DNA of 64,000 bases from a virus (taxonomy: Duplodnaviria > Caudoviricetes): the IMG/VR virus record IMGVR_UViG_3300020048_000104, positions 1 through 64,000 of that record; one strand, given 5' to 3'. Under the pieces are notes generated by a model that had not been told where the DNA came from, made no database searches, and saw only the letters and a list, made by a program, of their open reading frames with translations. The position numbers and the translations under genes were made by a program. Every line of letters begins with the position of its first letter. Positions within the stretch are counted from its first letter, which is position 1. Shown here in pieces: positions 9,173 to 18,686 of the stretch.

Positions 9173-9697
9173 ATGAATTATAAATATAAAATAATAACAA
9201 CTATAAAATACTTACTTGTAATATTAATACTTACTTCTTGTTCAGCATCATACTATTATACAAAAGCTATAAAGAAAGGTATAAGAATAAATACTTTAAA
9301 AGATACTATACAAGTACCTTATATAGATTCTATTCCTTATTATATTCCTGGTACTGATTCTTTAATATACATTCCTAAGATAGAATACAGAGATACTGTT
9401 ATAGATGTATCTAATTTCTTTTTACCTAAAACACGTAAAGAAATAAGATTAGAAAAAACTAAAGTAAGACAGTCAGCAAAAACAGAAAGAAAATTAATAT
9501 CTGTTAAAGGTAATATTAAACAGGATTCTATTAAGCAATTTGCTAAAACAGAACGTGTTATAAAAAGACAAGAAAATAAATGTAGAAATAGTTGGTGGAA
9601 ATTTTGGCTAGGTCTTATCGCTGGTGTTGGAATAACTATTATATTTACAATATTATACAACAAATTACACAGTTTTAAGGCAGTCAATCATGGATGA
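9173..9697 (+). CDS. Lipoprotein with C-terminal TM helix; unimolecular spanin candidate
   Basis: Signal peptide II with lipobox LTSC (Cys23) and C-terminal WWKFWLGLIAGVGITIIFTIL. First gene of the lysis cassette. Confidence 0.55.
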   Translation: MNYKYKIITTIKYLLVILILTSCSASYYYTKAIKKGIRINTLKDTIQVPYIDSIPYYIPGTDSLIYIPKIEYRDTVIDVSNFFLPKTRKEIRLEKTKVRQSAKTERKLISVKGNIKQDSIKQFAKTERVIKRQENKCRNSWWKFWLGLIAGVGITIIFTILYNKLHSFKAVNHG

Positions 9698-10058
9698 AAG
9701 ATACGTATTCGGAGCAGCATCATTATTATTAGGTATAATTAGTTATTTTTTAAAGATGTCTGTGAACGACTTAAAAAATACAATTAAAGAATTGAAGATT
9801 GACATGGGTGATTTAGAAGATGATCTTATTGTAACCAATACAGAATTAGGAAAAGCTAACGGTAGATTAGCTTTAGTAGAATCACAGACTAAAAGTGAAA
9901 TATCTAGTTTGAAAGACCTTACTACACAACAGTTTAAATCAATGGCTGATCAATTAACAAGACTTGAAAGTATTGTAACACATTCTGATAATCAAGCTAA
10001 AACAAATGCTCAATTATTTACATCATTATTAGAAGAATTAACTAAGAAGAAATCATGA
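9690..10058 (+). CDS. Single-TM coiled-coil membrane protein (holin/antiholin-like)
   Basis: N-terminal TM (YVFGAASLLLGIISYFL) followed by a coiled coil. Overlaps both neighbours. Confidence 0.5.
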   Translation: MDERYVFGAASLLLGIISYFLKMSVNDLKNTIKELKIDMGDLEDDLIVTNTELGKANGRLALVESQTKSEISSLKDLTTQQFKSMADQLTRLESIVTHSDNQAKTNAQLFTSLLEELTKKKS

Positions 10059-10378
10059 TTGAGCAAATGAAATCTATAGAACAACTAACTGTACTTCATT
10101 GGTTTCTTGCCTATGGAGGGTTATTAGTTCACATCCTATTAAAACTATCTCAAATCAAAGGTGCTTTTTTAAAAGGTATCACACGTAAAGAAGTATTTAC
10201 ATTTATTGCATCAATAGTATCTATTCCTATTATTTTAATAGTTTGTACAGATTCTATGATGAAAGAAGTATTACCAATCAATTACGTTACTGCTTTTCTA
10301 GCAGGTTATCAAACACAATCATTTATGAGAAGTGTAAGTAAAATAACAAATAACAAAACATCTGATGAGAACAGCTAA
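10055..10378 (+). CDS. Holin-like protein (2-3 TM)
   Basis: Hydrophobic segments VLHWFLAYGGLLVHILL, VFTFIASIVSIPIILIV and INYVTAFLAG; basic C-terminus; located in the lysis cassette. Confidence 0.55.
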   Translation: MIEQMKSIEQLTVLHWFLAYGGLLVHILLKLSQIKGAFLKGITRKEVFTFIASIVSIPIILIVCTDSMMKEVLPINYVTAFLAGYQTQSFMRSVSKITNNKTSDENS

Positions 10379-11288
10379 TATACTTTCTATTAATGGAGGA
10401 GGAATAAGAGGTTTAATTGCTCTTCAGCAACTTGTACAATTAGAAAAAACAATACCTGTTCCTTTACATGAACACTTCGATTATATAGCAGGTACTTCAA
10501 CAGGTGGTATAATTGCTGTATTCTTATCAATAGGATATACTCCTTCTGAACTATTAGATATTTATCTGAAACATGGAGATAAGATATTTGATAAAAGATT
10601 CTTACGATTAGGATTACTTAGAACTAAGTACAACGATGAGTATTTTAATAAAGTAATCAATGATTTTGCAAAAGGTAAGTCGTTAAAAGATTGTAAAACA
10701 TCTATTGTTATTCCTGCTTATAACGCTACTAAAAAGGAGTTGAAATTATTCAAATCAGATAAAGCAAAAGAAGAAAACAGACATAACTATTCTTTATTTG
10801 ATGTAGTTCGCTCAACAGCTTCAGCTCCTTCTTATTTTAAACCTATTACAATAAGGAACGATTATTATATAGACGGTGGTTTAGTAGTTAATAATCCTGT
10901 TATGATGGTATTCTTAGAAGCTCTTAAAGAAGGCTTTGATACATTCAACATTCTTTCTTTTTCAACAGGAACTATTGAAGAGCCTTTATCTACATCAATT
11001 GCTGAAGGAGGTGCTATAAATTGGGCTAAAGAATCTGTAGACATTCTTCTTACAGAAATGGACCAAACGACACATTATACAATGACACAAATATTTGATT
11101 TGTTTTCTGTTTTAAATAAGAAAAGATTAGGTATGTACATTAGATGTGATTCTTATATAGAAAAGTCTTCAGGAAAGATTGATGATGCTTCTGATGAAAA
11201 TATATTTAGAATGACTTTAGATGGCTTAATGTCAGCTACTAAGAATAAAGATAAGATGATGACTTATTATTTAAACTCAATTAAATGA
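10365..11288 (+). CDS. Patatin-like phospholipase
   Basis: Oxyanion motif NGGGIRG, nucleophile GTSTG, SAPSYF and catalytic DGG are all present. Confidence 0.92.
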   Translation: MRTANILSINGGGIRGLIALQQLVQLEKTIPVPLHEHFDYIAGTSTGGIIAVFLSIGYTPSELLDIYLKHGDKIFDKRFLRLGLLRTKYNDEYFNKVINDFAKGKSLKDCKTSIVIPAYNATKKELKLFKSDKAKEENRHNYSLFDVVRSTASAPSYFKPITIRNDYYIDGGLVVNNPVMMVFLEALKEGFDTFNILSFSTGTIEEPLSTSIAEGGAINWAKESVDILLTEMDQTTHYTMTQIFDLFSVLNKKRLGMYIRCDSYIEKSSGKIDDASDENIFRMTLDGLMSATKNKDKMMTYYLNSIK

Positions 11289-11905
11289 AAAAAATTATTG
11301 AATTTCAAAAAGCTAATGGTCTATTAGATGATGGTATCGTAGGTAAAAAAACATTACTGAAATTAAAAGAAGTATTGAATATTAAAAGCAATACTCACTT
11401 GATACACTTTGTTGCTCAATGCGATCATGAATCAGGAGGATTTAAAGCAGATACTGAAAACTTAAATTATTCAGCTAAAGGATTATTCACTACCTTTAGA
11501 AAATATTTCGAAGACTATGAGCACTGTTTACAGTACGCTAGACAACCTGAAAGAATAGGATCAAGAGTATATGCAAATAGAATGGGTAATGGTAACGAAA
11601 TGACTAAAGAAGGATTTGTATTCAGAGGTAGAGGTGCTATTCAATTAACAGGAAAGAATAATTATAAAGCATTTGCTGAGTATATTAAAAATCCTAAAAT
11701 TGTATACGATCCTGCTTTAGTAGCAAAAGAATACTTTTTTGAAAGTGCTTTATTCTTTTTTGATAAGAATAAATTATTTGATATGTGTGTAGATATTAAA
11801 GAAGACACTGTTAAAAAATTAACAAGAAGAATCAATGGTGGTTTTAATGGATTAGAACATAGACTAGAATTAACTGATAAATATTATAAAATACTAAATA
11901 GATAA
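11285..11905 (+). CDS. Endolysin, glycoside hydrolase family 19 with N-terminal peptidoglycan-binding motif
   Basis: FQKANGLLDDGIVGKKT (PG-binding), HFVAQCDHESGGF, FRGRGAIQLTGKNNY, TRRINGGFNGLEHR. Confidence 0.9.
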   Translation: MKKIIEFQKANGLLDDGIVGKKTLLKLKEVLNIKSNTHLIHFVAQCDHESGGFKADTENLNYSAKGLFTTFRKYFEDYEHCLQYARQPERIGSRVYANRMGNGNEMTKEGFVFRGRGAIQLTGKNNYKAFAEYIKNPKIVYDPALVAKEYFFESALFFFDKNKLFDMCVDIKEDTVKKLTRRINGGFNGLEHRLELTDKYYKILNR

Positions 11906-11914
11906 TTTAGTTTG

Positions 11915-11925
11915 TATATTTGTAA
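11915..11925 (+). promoter_or_regulatory. Promoter element TATATTTGTAA
   Basis: Intergenic TAnnTTTG copy 14 nt upstream of ATG 11940. Confidence 0.65.
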
Positions 11926-11939
11926 ATAAATAATAATGT

Positions 11940-12638
11940 ATGTTACCATTACAAGACCTTTTTAGTCAATTAGATGAAGCATTGAATATCAATTCTTCTG
12001 ATTCTGTATTTACAGATTTATACTACACTGATTTAATTAACGAGCAACGTTCTGTATGGATCAGGAACGAGTATAATAAGAACCGTTCGATAGATCCTAA
12101 TATTCAACAAACAATAGGTGATTTAGAATTAGAATTAGTTGATCCTGTTGCTTGTTGTGTTACTATACCAGGTACTTGTAAAGTATTAAGGTCTAAGGTA
12201 AAATTACCTAATACTATTGAGTTTTACAATTGGAAAGGTATCACATCTGTTGGTCCTGTTGATATTAGTAAGAAAAGATTTACAATGATTGATTACGCTA
12301 GAGTTCCTTATATAGGTTCTGGTAGAGTAACTAAAAGAAATGTATATACTTTTCTATACGAACAATACTTATATGTAATAAGTGAAGATCCTGCTGTACT
12401 TACTTTAAGACATGTTAATGTAAGAGGATTGTTTGAAGATCCTACAGCTATTGGTGAATTTTGTACTTGTACAGGAATACCTTGCTGGAATCCTGCTGTA
12501 GATACATATCCTATTAATTTATGGATGTGGGCTTATGTTAAAGACATACTTGTACAAATGTTATTACAAAAGAAAACCATACCATTAGATGAATCTAATG
12601 ATAATAAAGATGAAGTGTTAGATGGAACAAAAAAGTAG
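11940..12638 (+). CDS. Tail ring protein, crAss001 gp40-like
   Basis: LINEQRSVWIRNEYNK, KLPNTIE, YLYV, VNVRGLFEDP and YPINLW resemble crAss ring proteins; synteny agrees. Confidence 0.65.
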   Translation: MLPLQDLFSQLDEALNINSSDSVFTDLYYTDLINEQRSVWIRNEYNKNRSIDPNIQQTIGDLELELVDPVACCVTIPGTCKVLRSKVKLPNTIEFYNWKGITSVGPVDISKKRFTMIDYARVPYIGSGRVTKRNVYTFLYEQYLYVISEDPAVLTLRHVNVRGLFEDPTAIGEFCTCTGIPCWNPAVDTYPINLWMWAYVKDILVQMLLQKKTIPLDESNDNKDEVLDGTKK

Positions 12639-13170
12639 CCCTAGTTGGAAAATAAGAGGTAAAAGTAAGGTAACTCAAGATAACGGTAAATACTTATTTT
12701 ATTCTTATTATATAAAAAATACAGTTGGTAAAAAAATACCACGTAAACAGTTTGATGCTTTTATGAATGATATTATAAAATCATTAACTGATGCTATGAT
12801 TAAAGAAGGATTAGAAATAAAGATTCCTGTATTAGGTTCTTTTAGAGTACGTGAGAAAGAAATGAAATTACTTGATAATGATGGTAATATCAATAAGTAT
12901 TTAAAAGTAGATTGGAAGAGTAGTTGGGAGTATTGGAGAATGACATATCCTGATTTATCAGATGATGATATTATTAAAATAAAAGATAAAAAACTAATTC
13001 GTTTTGATAATGCACATACAAATCATTACTTTTACAAAATAATATGGGATAAAAGAAGATGTTTATTAAGAAATCAATTTGTATATTCTTTTAAACCTAC
13101 TAGATTATTATTAAAACAATTAGCAGATGTTGTAAAAGACGAAAACAAAACAGTATATTATTATGGATGA
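12622..13170 (+). CDS. IHF/HU-like DNA-binding protein of the crAss tail module
   Basis: RKQFDAFMNDIIKSLTDAMIKEGLEIKIPVLGSFRVREK matches the HU/IHF pattern. crAss phages carry such a gene at this position. Confidence 0.7.
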   Translation: MEQKSSPSWKIRGKSKVTQDNGKYLFYSYYIKNTVGKKIPRKQFDAFMNDIIKSLTDAMIKEGLEIKIPVLGSFRVREKEMKLLDNDGNINKYLKVDWKSSWEYWRMTYPDLSDDDIIKIKDKKLIRFDNAHTNHYFYKIIWDKRRCLLRNQFVYSFKPTRLLLKQLADVVKDENKTVYYYG

Positions 13171-13441
13171 AATGAAAAGTATAAGTGGTAATTCAGATGC
13201 TCAAGTAAGTTGGTCTAAAAGAGTAAAGAAAGAAGACGGTTCTGAGATTCGTGTTGATGTTGAAAAAATCAATAATGGTTTCTTAAAAACTACTACTACA
13301 GAAGGTAAAAGTAGTAATGGTGATTGGGAATATAAAACAGAAAAAGAATTTTCAGAAACAAATCCTTTTGAAGAAGATGAAGAGTCTGAAGAAAAAGAAT
13401 TATCTTTAGCTGATAAGTTAGAATCATTTTTCAAAAAATAA
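13163..13441 (+). CDS. Small acidic hypothetical protein
   Basis: 92 aa ORF overlapping the upstream stop and ending 3 nt before the next start. Confidence 0.55.
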   Translation: MDEMKSISGNSDAQVSWSKRVKKEDGSEIRVDVEKINNGFLKTTTTEGKSSNGDWEYKTEKEFSETNPFEEDEESEEKELSLADKLESFFKK

Positions 13442-13444
13442 GCT

Positions 13445-14593
13445 ATGTATTCAGGAAACACAGTATCATACAAAACAATAGTAAACAAACTCTTTAGAGA
13501 TTTTCCTTTTGAAGAAAAGTTTAACGATGAGGAATGTTTAGAATGGTTAGCAGAGTTTATGGCTCATGCTAATTCTGGTGTGGTAATGGAATCCAAAATA
13601 GCTTTCTTAGACATAAATGATGGTAGAGGTGATCTACCTTTTGACTTGCATAAAATTAAACAAGTAGCTAGTGTAACTAATGTTCTTAATGCTGAAGATG
13701 CTCTATGTGGAAAAGGACATTTACACCCTATGCGATGGGCTACTGATAATTTTCATAAACGATACCATACAGATACTAGAGATTATACATCTCAATCATT
13801 ACATACTTATACAGTAGGTCAAAACTTTGTATTTCCTTCTTTTACATGTGGTGTATTAGCAATATCTTATGAAGCAATACCTACAGACGATGAAGGTTAT
13901 CCTACTATTCCTGCTGAACAACAATGGTTAGAAGGAGCTACTCATTATATTGCTGCTAAAATAGCTAAAAAGCTATGGTTAAGAAACGAATTAACTGCTG
14001 ATAAGTATAGAGAAATTGATAAAGATAGAGATTGGTATTTTGCACAAGCTGTAAATCATTCTAAACAATGGAATGGTGTTGATGAAGCAGAGTCATTCAA
14101 AAATCAAATGGTGCGTACAATTCCTTCTATTCAGGATCACGCTTCATTTTTTGCTAATATGCAATTACCAGAACAACGTTATTTTAAAGGTGCTAGTAAT
14201 ACTACAATTTCTTTAAATAACGCAACAGGATTACTTAGTGGTATTCCTAATACTACTACTGTAGGTACAGCTGTAAATGGTACACCTACATCATATCCTA
14301 CTTTAATAACAGGAATAGCTAGTTCTATAACTCAAACTACAGCAAGTTGTGCTAATCAAATTACTTTTTATGGAGGTAGTGCAATTACAGATCATGGTGT
14401 TTGTTACGGTACATCTCCTAATCCTACATTGTTAAACAGTGTTGTGAATCTAGGAAACACAGGTGTAGTAGGTGCTTTTGTTACATCATTAACAGGACTT
14501 ACAGCAGGAACATATTACTATGTACGTTCTTTTGTATCAAATGGATTAGGAACTTTTTACGGAAATGAAATAACATTTACAACTTTACCTTAA
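13445..14593 (+). CDS. Tail ring protein (crAss001 gp43 / P22 gp4-like) fused to C-terminal fibronectin type III domain
   Basis: Ring portion VSYKTIVNKLFRD...GRGDLP...AISYEAIPTDDEGYPTIP...DRDWY. After a T/N-rich linker comes GGSAITDHGVCY...LTGLTAGTYYYVRSFVSNGLGTFYGNEITFTT (FN3). Confidence 0.75.
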   Translation: MYSGNTVSYKTIVNKLFRDFPFEEKFNDEECLEWLAEFMAHANSGVVMESKIAFLDINDGRGDLPFDLHKIKQVASVTNVLNAEDALCGKGHLHPMRWATDNFHKRYHTDTRDYTSQSLHTYTVGQNFVFPSFTCGVLAISYEAIPTDDEGYPTIPAEQQWLEGATHYIAAKIAKKLWLRNELTADKYREIDKDRDWYFAQAVNHSKQWNGVDEAESFKNQMVRTIPSIQDHASFFANMQLPEQRYFKGASNTTISLNNATGLLSGIPNTTTVGTAVNGTPTSYPTLITGIASSITQTTASCANQITFYGGSAITDHGVCYGTSPNPTLLNSVVNLGNTGVVGAFVTSLTGLTAGTYYYVRSFVSNGLGTFYGNEITFTTLP

Positions 14594-17500
14594 TGAAAGT
14601 AGCAGTAAATACATACGGAGGATTGAATCAGGATGCATCTTATGATAGCATACAACCGTCTTTTTATATAGATGCTTTAGATGTAAGAATTACTACATCA
14701 ACAGGAGATTCTCAAGGTTCTATTACCAATAAAAAAGGTGAATTATTTTCTTTTACTATTCCTAATAGTGGTAAGATAATAGGAACTTGTAATATTCGAA
14801 ATACTATTATTATTTTTACATTACATAGTACAGGAATAACAAGTAGGATTTATAAAATCATATACGATGATGTAGATACTTCTATTGTAACAGGTCCTAC
14901 TTTAGTATATGCTAATAATGACTTGAATTTCAGCGATCTTAATCCTATAGAAGCAGTGGGTAGATTTGAGTCAAATGCTGTTCAAAGAATTTACTGGACT
15001 GATTATAATGAACAATTAAGAACATTGAATATTAATGATCCTAATGTATTAACTACTCCTGTATCATTAATAAATATCAATCCTAGTATTAAATATCAAC
15101 AACCTTTACTAACAAGTATTAGTGGAGGTGGTGTATTACCTGTAGGTCTATATCAATGTGCTTATAGACTTATAACTTTTGATGGAAAAGAAACATTAAT
15201 ATCTCCTCCTAGTAATATGATACATGTTGTTTCTGATTCAGAAACTGTTGTTAATTCAGCTAGATATACAGGAGAACCTAAAGGTACTATTACTTCAAAA
15301 GCATTAGGTATAACAGTAGACACTACTGATTATTCAGATTATAATAAAATAGAATTTATAATTTTATTTCATGAAGATTTTAATGGTGTACCTACTGTTA
15401 AGTCTATAGAAACAGTATTGATAAGTGGTCAATCATCAGTATCATTTACTTACACAGGTAATGAAAATTCTACTTATGTTATTTCTATTGAAGACTTTAC
15501 GTTAAAAACATATCCTTTTTCTACATGTAAAACACTTGCTCAAGTAGACAGTTCTTTATTAATAGGAAATCTGAAAGCTAGTAGTTATAGTGTACAAGAT
15601 TCTTTAGGTCCTGGTGAAACATTCAGTGCTTCTACATTGAGGTATAATTCATTAGGTGAATCTATGGTAGGTAAAACTAACTTTAGAAAAGTAGGAACTC
15701 CTGTTTATACAGCTGATGAAGTAAAGTTCAATACTGCTTATAATGAAGATGCACATTGGGATTCTAGGTGGCATACATTAGGACAGTTTAAATATAAATC
15801 TAACGGTACTACATTAGGTGGTGAGTCAGTTCCTTCAGGTTTAAATCCTCCTAATGTTAGTTATGAGTTTATATTAGAACCAATGATTATAGATCAAGGA
15901 GGTGCTAATAATCCAGGTGTGTTAGCTCCTATTCCTTATACTACACATAACTTAAATGATGGATATACCTATACAAATACTACATTTGATTCATACGCTT
16001 CTCCTTTTATTAGTGGTTTATTAAAAGGATATAAGCGAGGTGAAACATATAGATTTGGTATTGTGTTTTACCGTAAAGGAGAAGTATCATTTACTGAGTT
16101 CATAGGAGATATTAAATTTCCTGATATTTCAGAAGAATCAGATGCTGTGAATAGTTCTGGAGAATTATATTTTCCTTTGTCTAAAAACTTATCAGGAACT
16201 TCTACTACTGCTTATGCAATGGGTATTCAATTTACAATTGATTTTACATCATGTCCTAGTTTATTAGCAGATATAGATTCTTATCAAATAGTAAGAGTAG
16301 AAAGAAAAATTGAAGATACTAGACGTATTTCATCAGGAAGTTTAAAAGTCTTCTCAGATGTAAATTTAAACGCTCCTCCTAGTGGTGGTTGGGATTTACG
16401 TATTAATGGTTCATCTAATGTATTACATCTATTTAAAAGAAACAATAGTGGTGATACAAGTAATGGTAGTATTTTATATTTAAAAGATACTGCTCCTGTT
16501 TCAGGAGATCATCATCAAGTAAAAGGATCTTATGTAAGTTATATATCACCAGAATTATCTTACGAATATGATAATATTAAAGAGTTAATATTAAGTGAAT
16601 CTAATTCATATTTATTATTAACAGGTACTTATAGTACACCTACAAGTAATCAATATGTTTCTACAAGTACAACAGGTACTGAAAATTTAGGTACTGTTAT
16701 AGATGATGTTAATAAATGGGATAATTGCGTAAAAGTAAATTCTAACGTAAATGGTTATGAGTATGTAAAATCTCTAAACGATAAAAATTATATTAAATTT
16801 CAAAATACTTTAGCATCAGCTTATGAAACAGATGTAAATACAATTACTCCTTTAATAAATGGTACTTATTATTTAAGAAATTACTATGCTGAATGTATAG
16901 ATTCATCAGATATGAACAATTGTAATGGTAATGGTAGTTTTTCTAAAGGTGCTCAATCTATATTAGGAAGACTTGCTAAAATACAATACGATCCAATTAC
17001 AGGAGTTGATTTATCAACAACAGGTACAATATCATCAACTGATTATTTTATAGTAAGTGCTCCTTTACCTGCATTATCATTAGGTAATACTAAAGCCATA
17101 TTAGATATATTAGTTCCTCGTATTGAAGTGTACGGAGGATATTCTGATTCAGCTTTAGAAAATAATATATTTATTGCATCATCACCTGTTATTAACAAAT
17201 CAAATACTAATCCTAAAGTATTTGGAGGAGATATGTTTATCAATACGTTTATACACCAAGCAGGTTCTACTGTTAATAGTTCTTTGTATTTTCAAAACGC
17301 AGCTCAACCAGCTCAAGAAATAGGTCAAAATATGTCAATGACAAATATATACCCTATTGAAACTACTATCAACTTAGATTTGAATTACGGTGCTGATTTA
17401 AAAAGAGGTGTTAGATATGATGTTCCTGGAGGATCAGGAGGTGTAAAAGCTAAGCGATACAGACAAGAATCAAATAATTACGATACAACGTATGGTAAGA

Positions 17501-18684
17501 GTAATGATATGTATAAATACAATCCTGTTTATTCAGAAGAATCTACAGATGTTGTATATGTAACAAAACCTACTTCTTTTGTAGGTAGTATAGTAAACGA
17601 TGTTAGAACAATGATTTCCAATGTTAAAATTAACAATGAGGAAATAGATTCATGGACTAAATTTCTTACTAACAATTACTATGATGTAGACGATCATGGT
17701 CCTATTAATAAATTATTGAAATGGAATAATAATGTTTATTATTTTCAAGATACAGCAGTAGGTGTATTAATTGTTAATCCTATTTCTGTAGTAACTGGTT
17801 CGTCTGGTATTCCTACTAATTTAGGTACAGGAGAAGGAATTATTAAACACCAATACTTATCTACTACTAATGGTTCTATTCATCAATGGGGAATAAAAGA
17901 AACTGACTCAGGTATTTATTATTTTGATGCTATTTCTAAAAAGATGTTTGTAATAGGACAAGGTAATTCTCCGTTATCAGAAATAAAAGGAATGCATAGT
18001 TTCTTTAATAATTTATCAGGTGATATGTTTTTAAAGAAAGAAAATGGAGGTGATAATCCTATTGTTAGTAAAGGAGTTGTTATAGGTAGAGATGTTATAA
18101 ATGATGAAGTATTAATAACATTAAAAGGTATTATAGAAGGAGATTCTTCTATTTCTAAAACATTAGTATATGATGAATTAATACAACAATTTTCATCAAG
18201 ATATTCATCTACTCCTTATATATACATAGCTAATAAGAATGTATTATTATCACCTGGTGCAAATAATAGTTCTATTTATTTACATAACGAAGGATCGTAT
18301 GGTAGTAGTTATGGTACTATAAAAGAATGTTATATTAAGTTAGTAGTAAATCAAGAAGCTGATTTAAACAAAGTGATAAGATTTATAGAATTTAATTCTA
18401 TATCAAGAGATACCTCAAAAGTTATAGATAGAACAGAAACAATAACAGCTTTCCAAATAGACACAGAAGAACAGTCAACAGGTAAGATTGCTTTCTCCAC
18501 AGATAGATTTAGACGAAAATTTAACAAATGGAGATTAAAGATACCTAGAGATCAAAATTCAGTTTCTAAACAAGGTAGGTTGAGAAATACATATTTTATT
18601 GTAACTTTATATTTTGATAATAGTTCTGGAAATGAATTAATATTGAATAGATTGTTAACGTATTACGATACTCAAATGTTTTAA
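14593..18684 (+). CDS. Muzzle / tail stabilisation protein (crAss001 gp44, P22 gp10-like)
   Basis: 1363 aa with NTYGGLNQD, GYKRGETYRFGIVF, FGGDMFI, HQYLSTTNG and RRKFNKWRLKIPR motifs; follows the ring gene. Confidence 0.8.
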   Translation: MKVAVNTYGGLNQDASYDSIQPSFYIDALDVRITTSTGDSQGSITNKKGELFSFTIPNSGKIIGTCNIRNTIIIFTLHSTGITSRIYKIIYDDVDTSIVTGPTLVYANNDLNFSDLNPIEAVGRFESNAVQRIYWTDYNEQLRTLNINDPNVLTTPVSLININPSIKYQQPLLTSISGGGVLPVGLYQCAYRLITFDGKETLISPPSNMIHVVSDSETVVNSARYTGEPKGTITSKALGITVDTTDYSDYNKIEFIILFHEDFNGVPTVKSIETVLISGQSSVSFTYTGNENSTYVISIEDFTLKTYPFSTCKTLAQVDSSLLIGNLKASSYSVQDSLGPGETFSASTLRYNSLGESMVGKTNFRKVGTPVYTADEVKFNTAYNEDAHWDSRWHTLGQFKYKSNGTTLGGESVPSGLNPPNVSYEFILEPMIIDQGGANNPGVLAPIPYTTHNLNDGYTYTNTTFDSYASPFISGLLKGYKRGETYRFGIVFYRKGEVSFTEFIGDIKFPDISEESDAVNSSGELYFPLSKNLSGTSTTAYAMGIQFTIDFTSCPSLLADIDSYQIVRVERKIEDTRRISSGSLKVFSDVNLNAPPSGGWDLRINGSSNVLHLFKRNNSGDTSNGSILYLKDTAPVSGDHHQVKGSYVSYISPELSYEYDNIKELILSESNSYLLLTGTYSTPTSNQYVSTSTTGTENLGTVIDDVNKWDNCVKVNSNVNGYEYVKSLNDKNYIKFQNTLASAYETDVNTITPLINGTYYLRNYYAECIDSSDMNNCNGNGSFSKGAQSILGRLAKIQYDPITGVDLSTTGTISSTDYFIVSAPLPALSLGNTKAILDILVPRIEVYGGYSDSALENNIFIASSPVINKSNTNPKVFGGDMFINTFIHQAGSTVNSSLYFQNAAQPAQEIGQNMSMTNIYPIETTINLDLNYGADLKRGVRYDVPGGSGGVKAKRYRQESNNYDTTYGKSNDMYKYNPVYSEESTDVVYVTKPTSFVGSIVNDVRTMISNVKINNEEIDSWTKFLTNNYYDVDDHGPINKLLKWNNNVYYFQDTAVGVLIVNPISVVTGSSGIPTNLGTGEGIIKHQYLSTTNGSIHQWGIKETDSGIYYFDAISKKMFVIGQGNSPLSEIKGMHSFFNNLSGDMFLKKENGGDNPIVSKGVVIGRDVINDEVLITLKGIIEGDSSISKTLVYDELIQQFSSRYSSTPYIYIANKNVLLSPGANNSSIYLHNEGSYGSSYGTIKECYIKLVVNQEADLNKVIRFIEFNSISRDTSKVIDRTETITAFQIDTEEQSTGKIAFSTDRFRRKFNKWRLKIPRDQNSVSKQGRLRNTYFIVTLYFDNSSGNELILNRLLTYYDTQMF

Positions 18685-18686
18685 TT

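Noticed and set aside
10365-11288. Patatin as a CBASS CapV effector
   Set aside because: No CD-NTase or Cap accessory genes in the window; the context is a lysis cassette.
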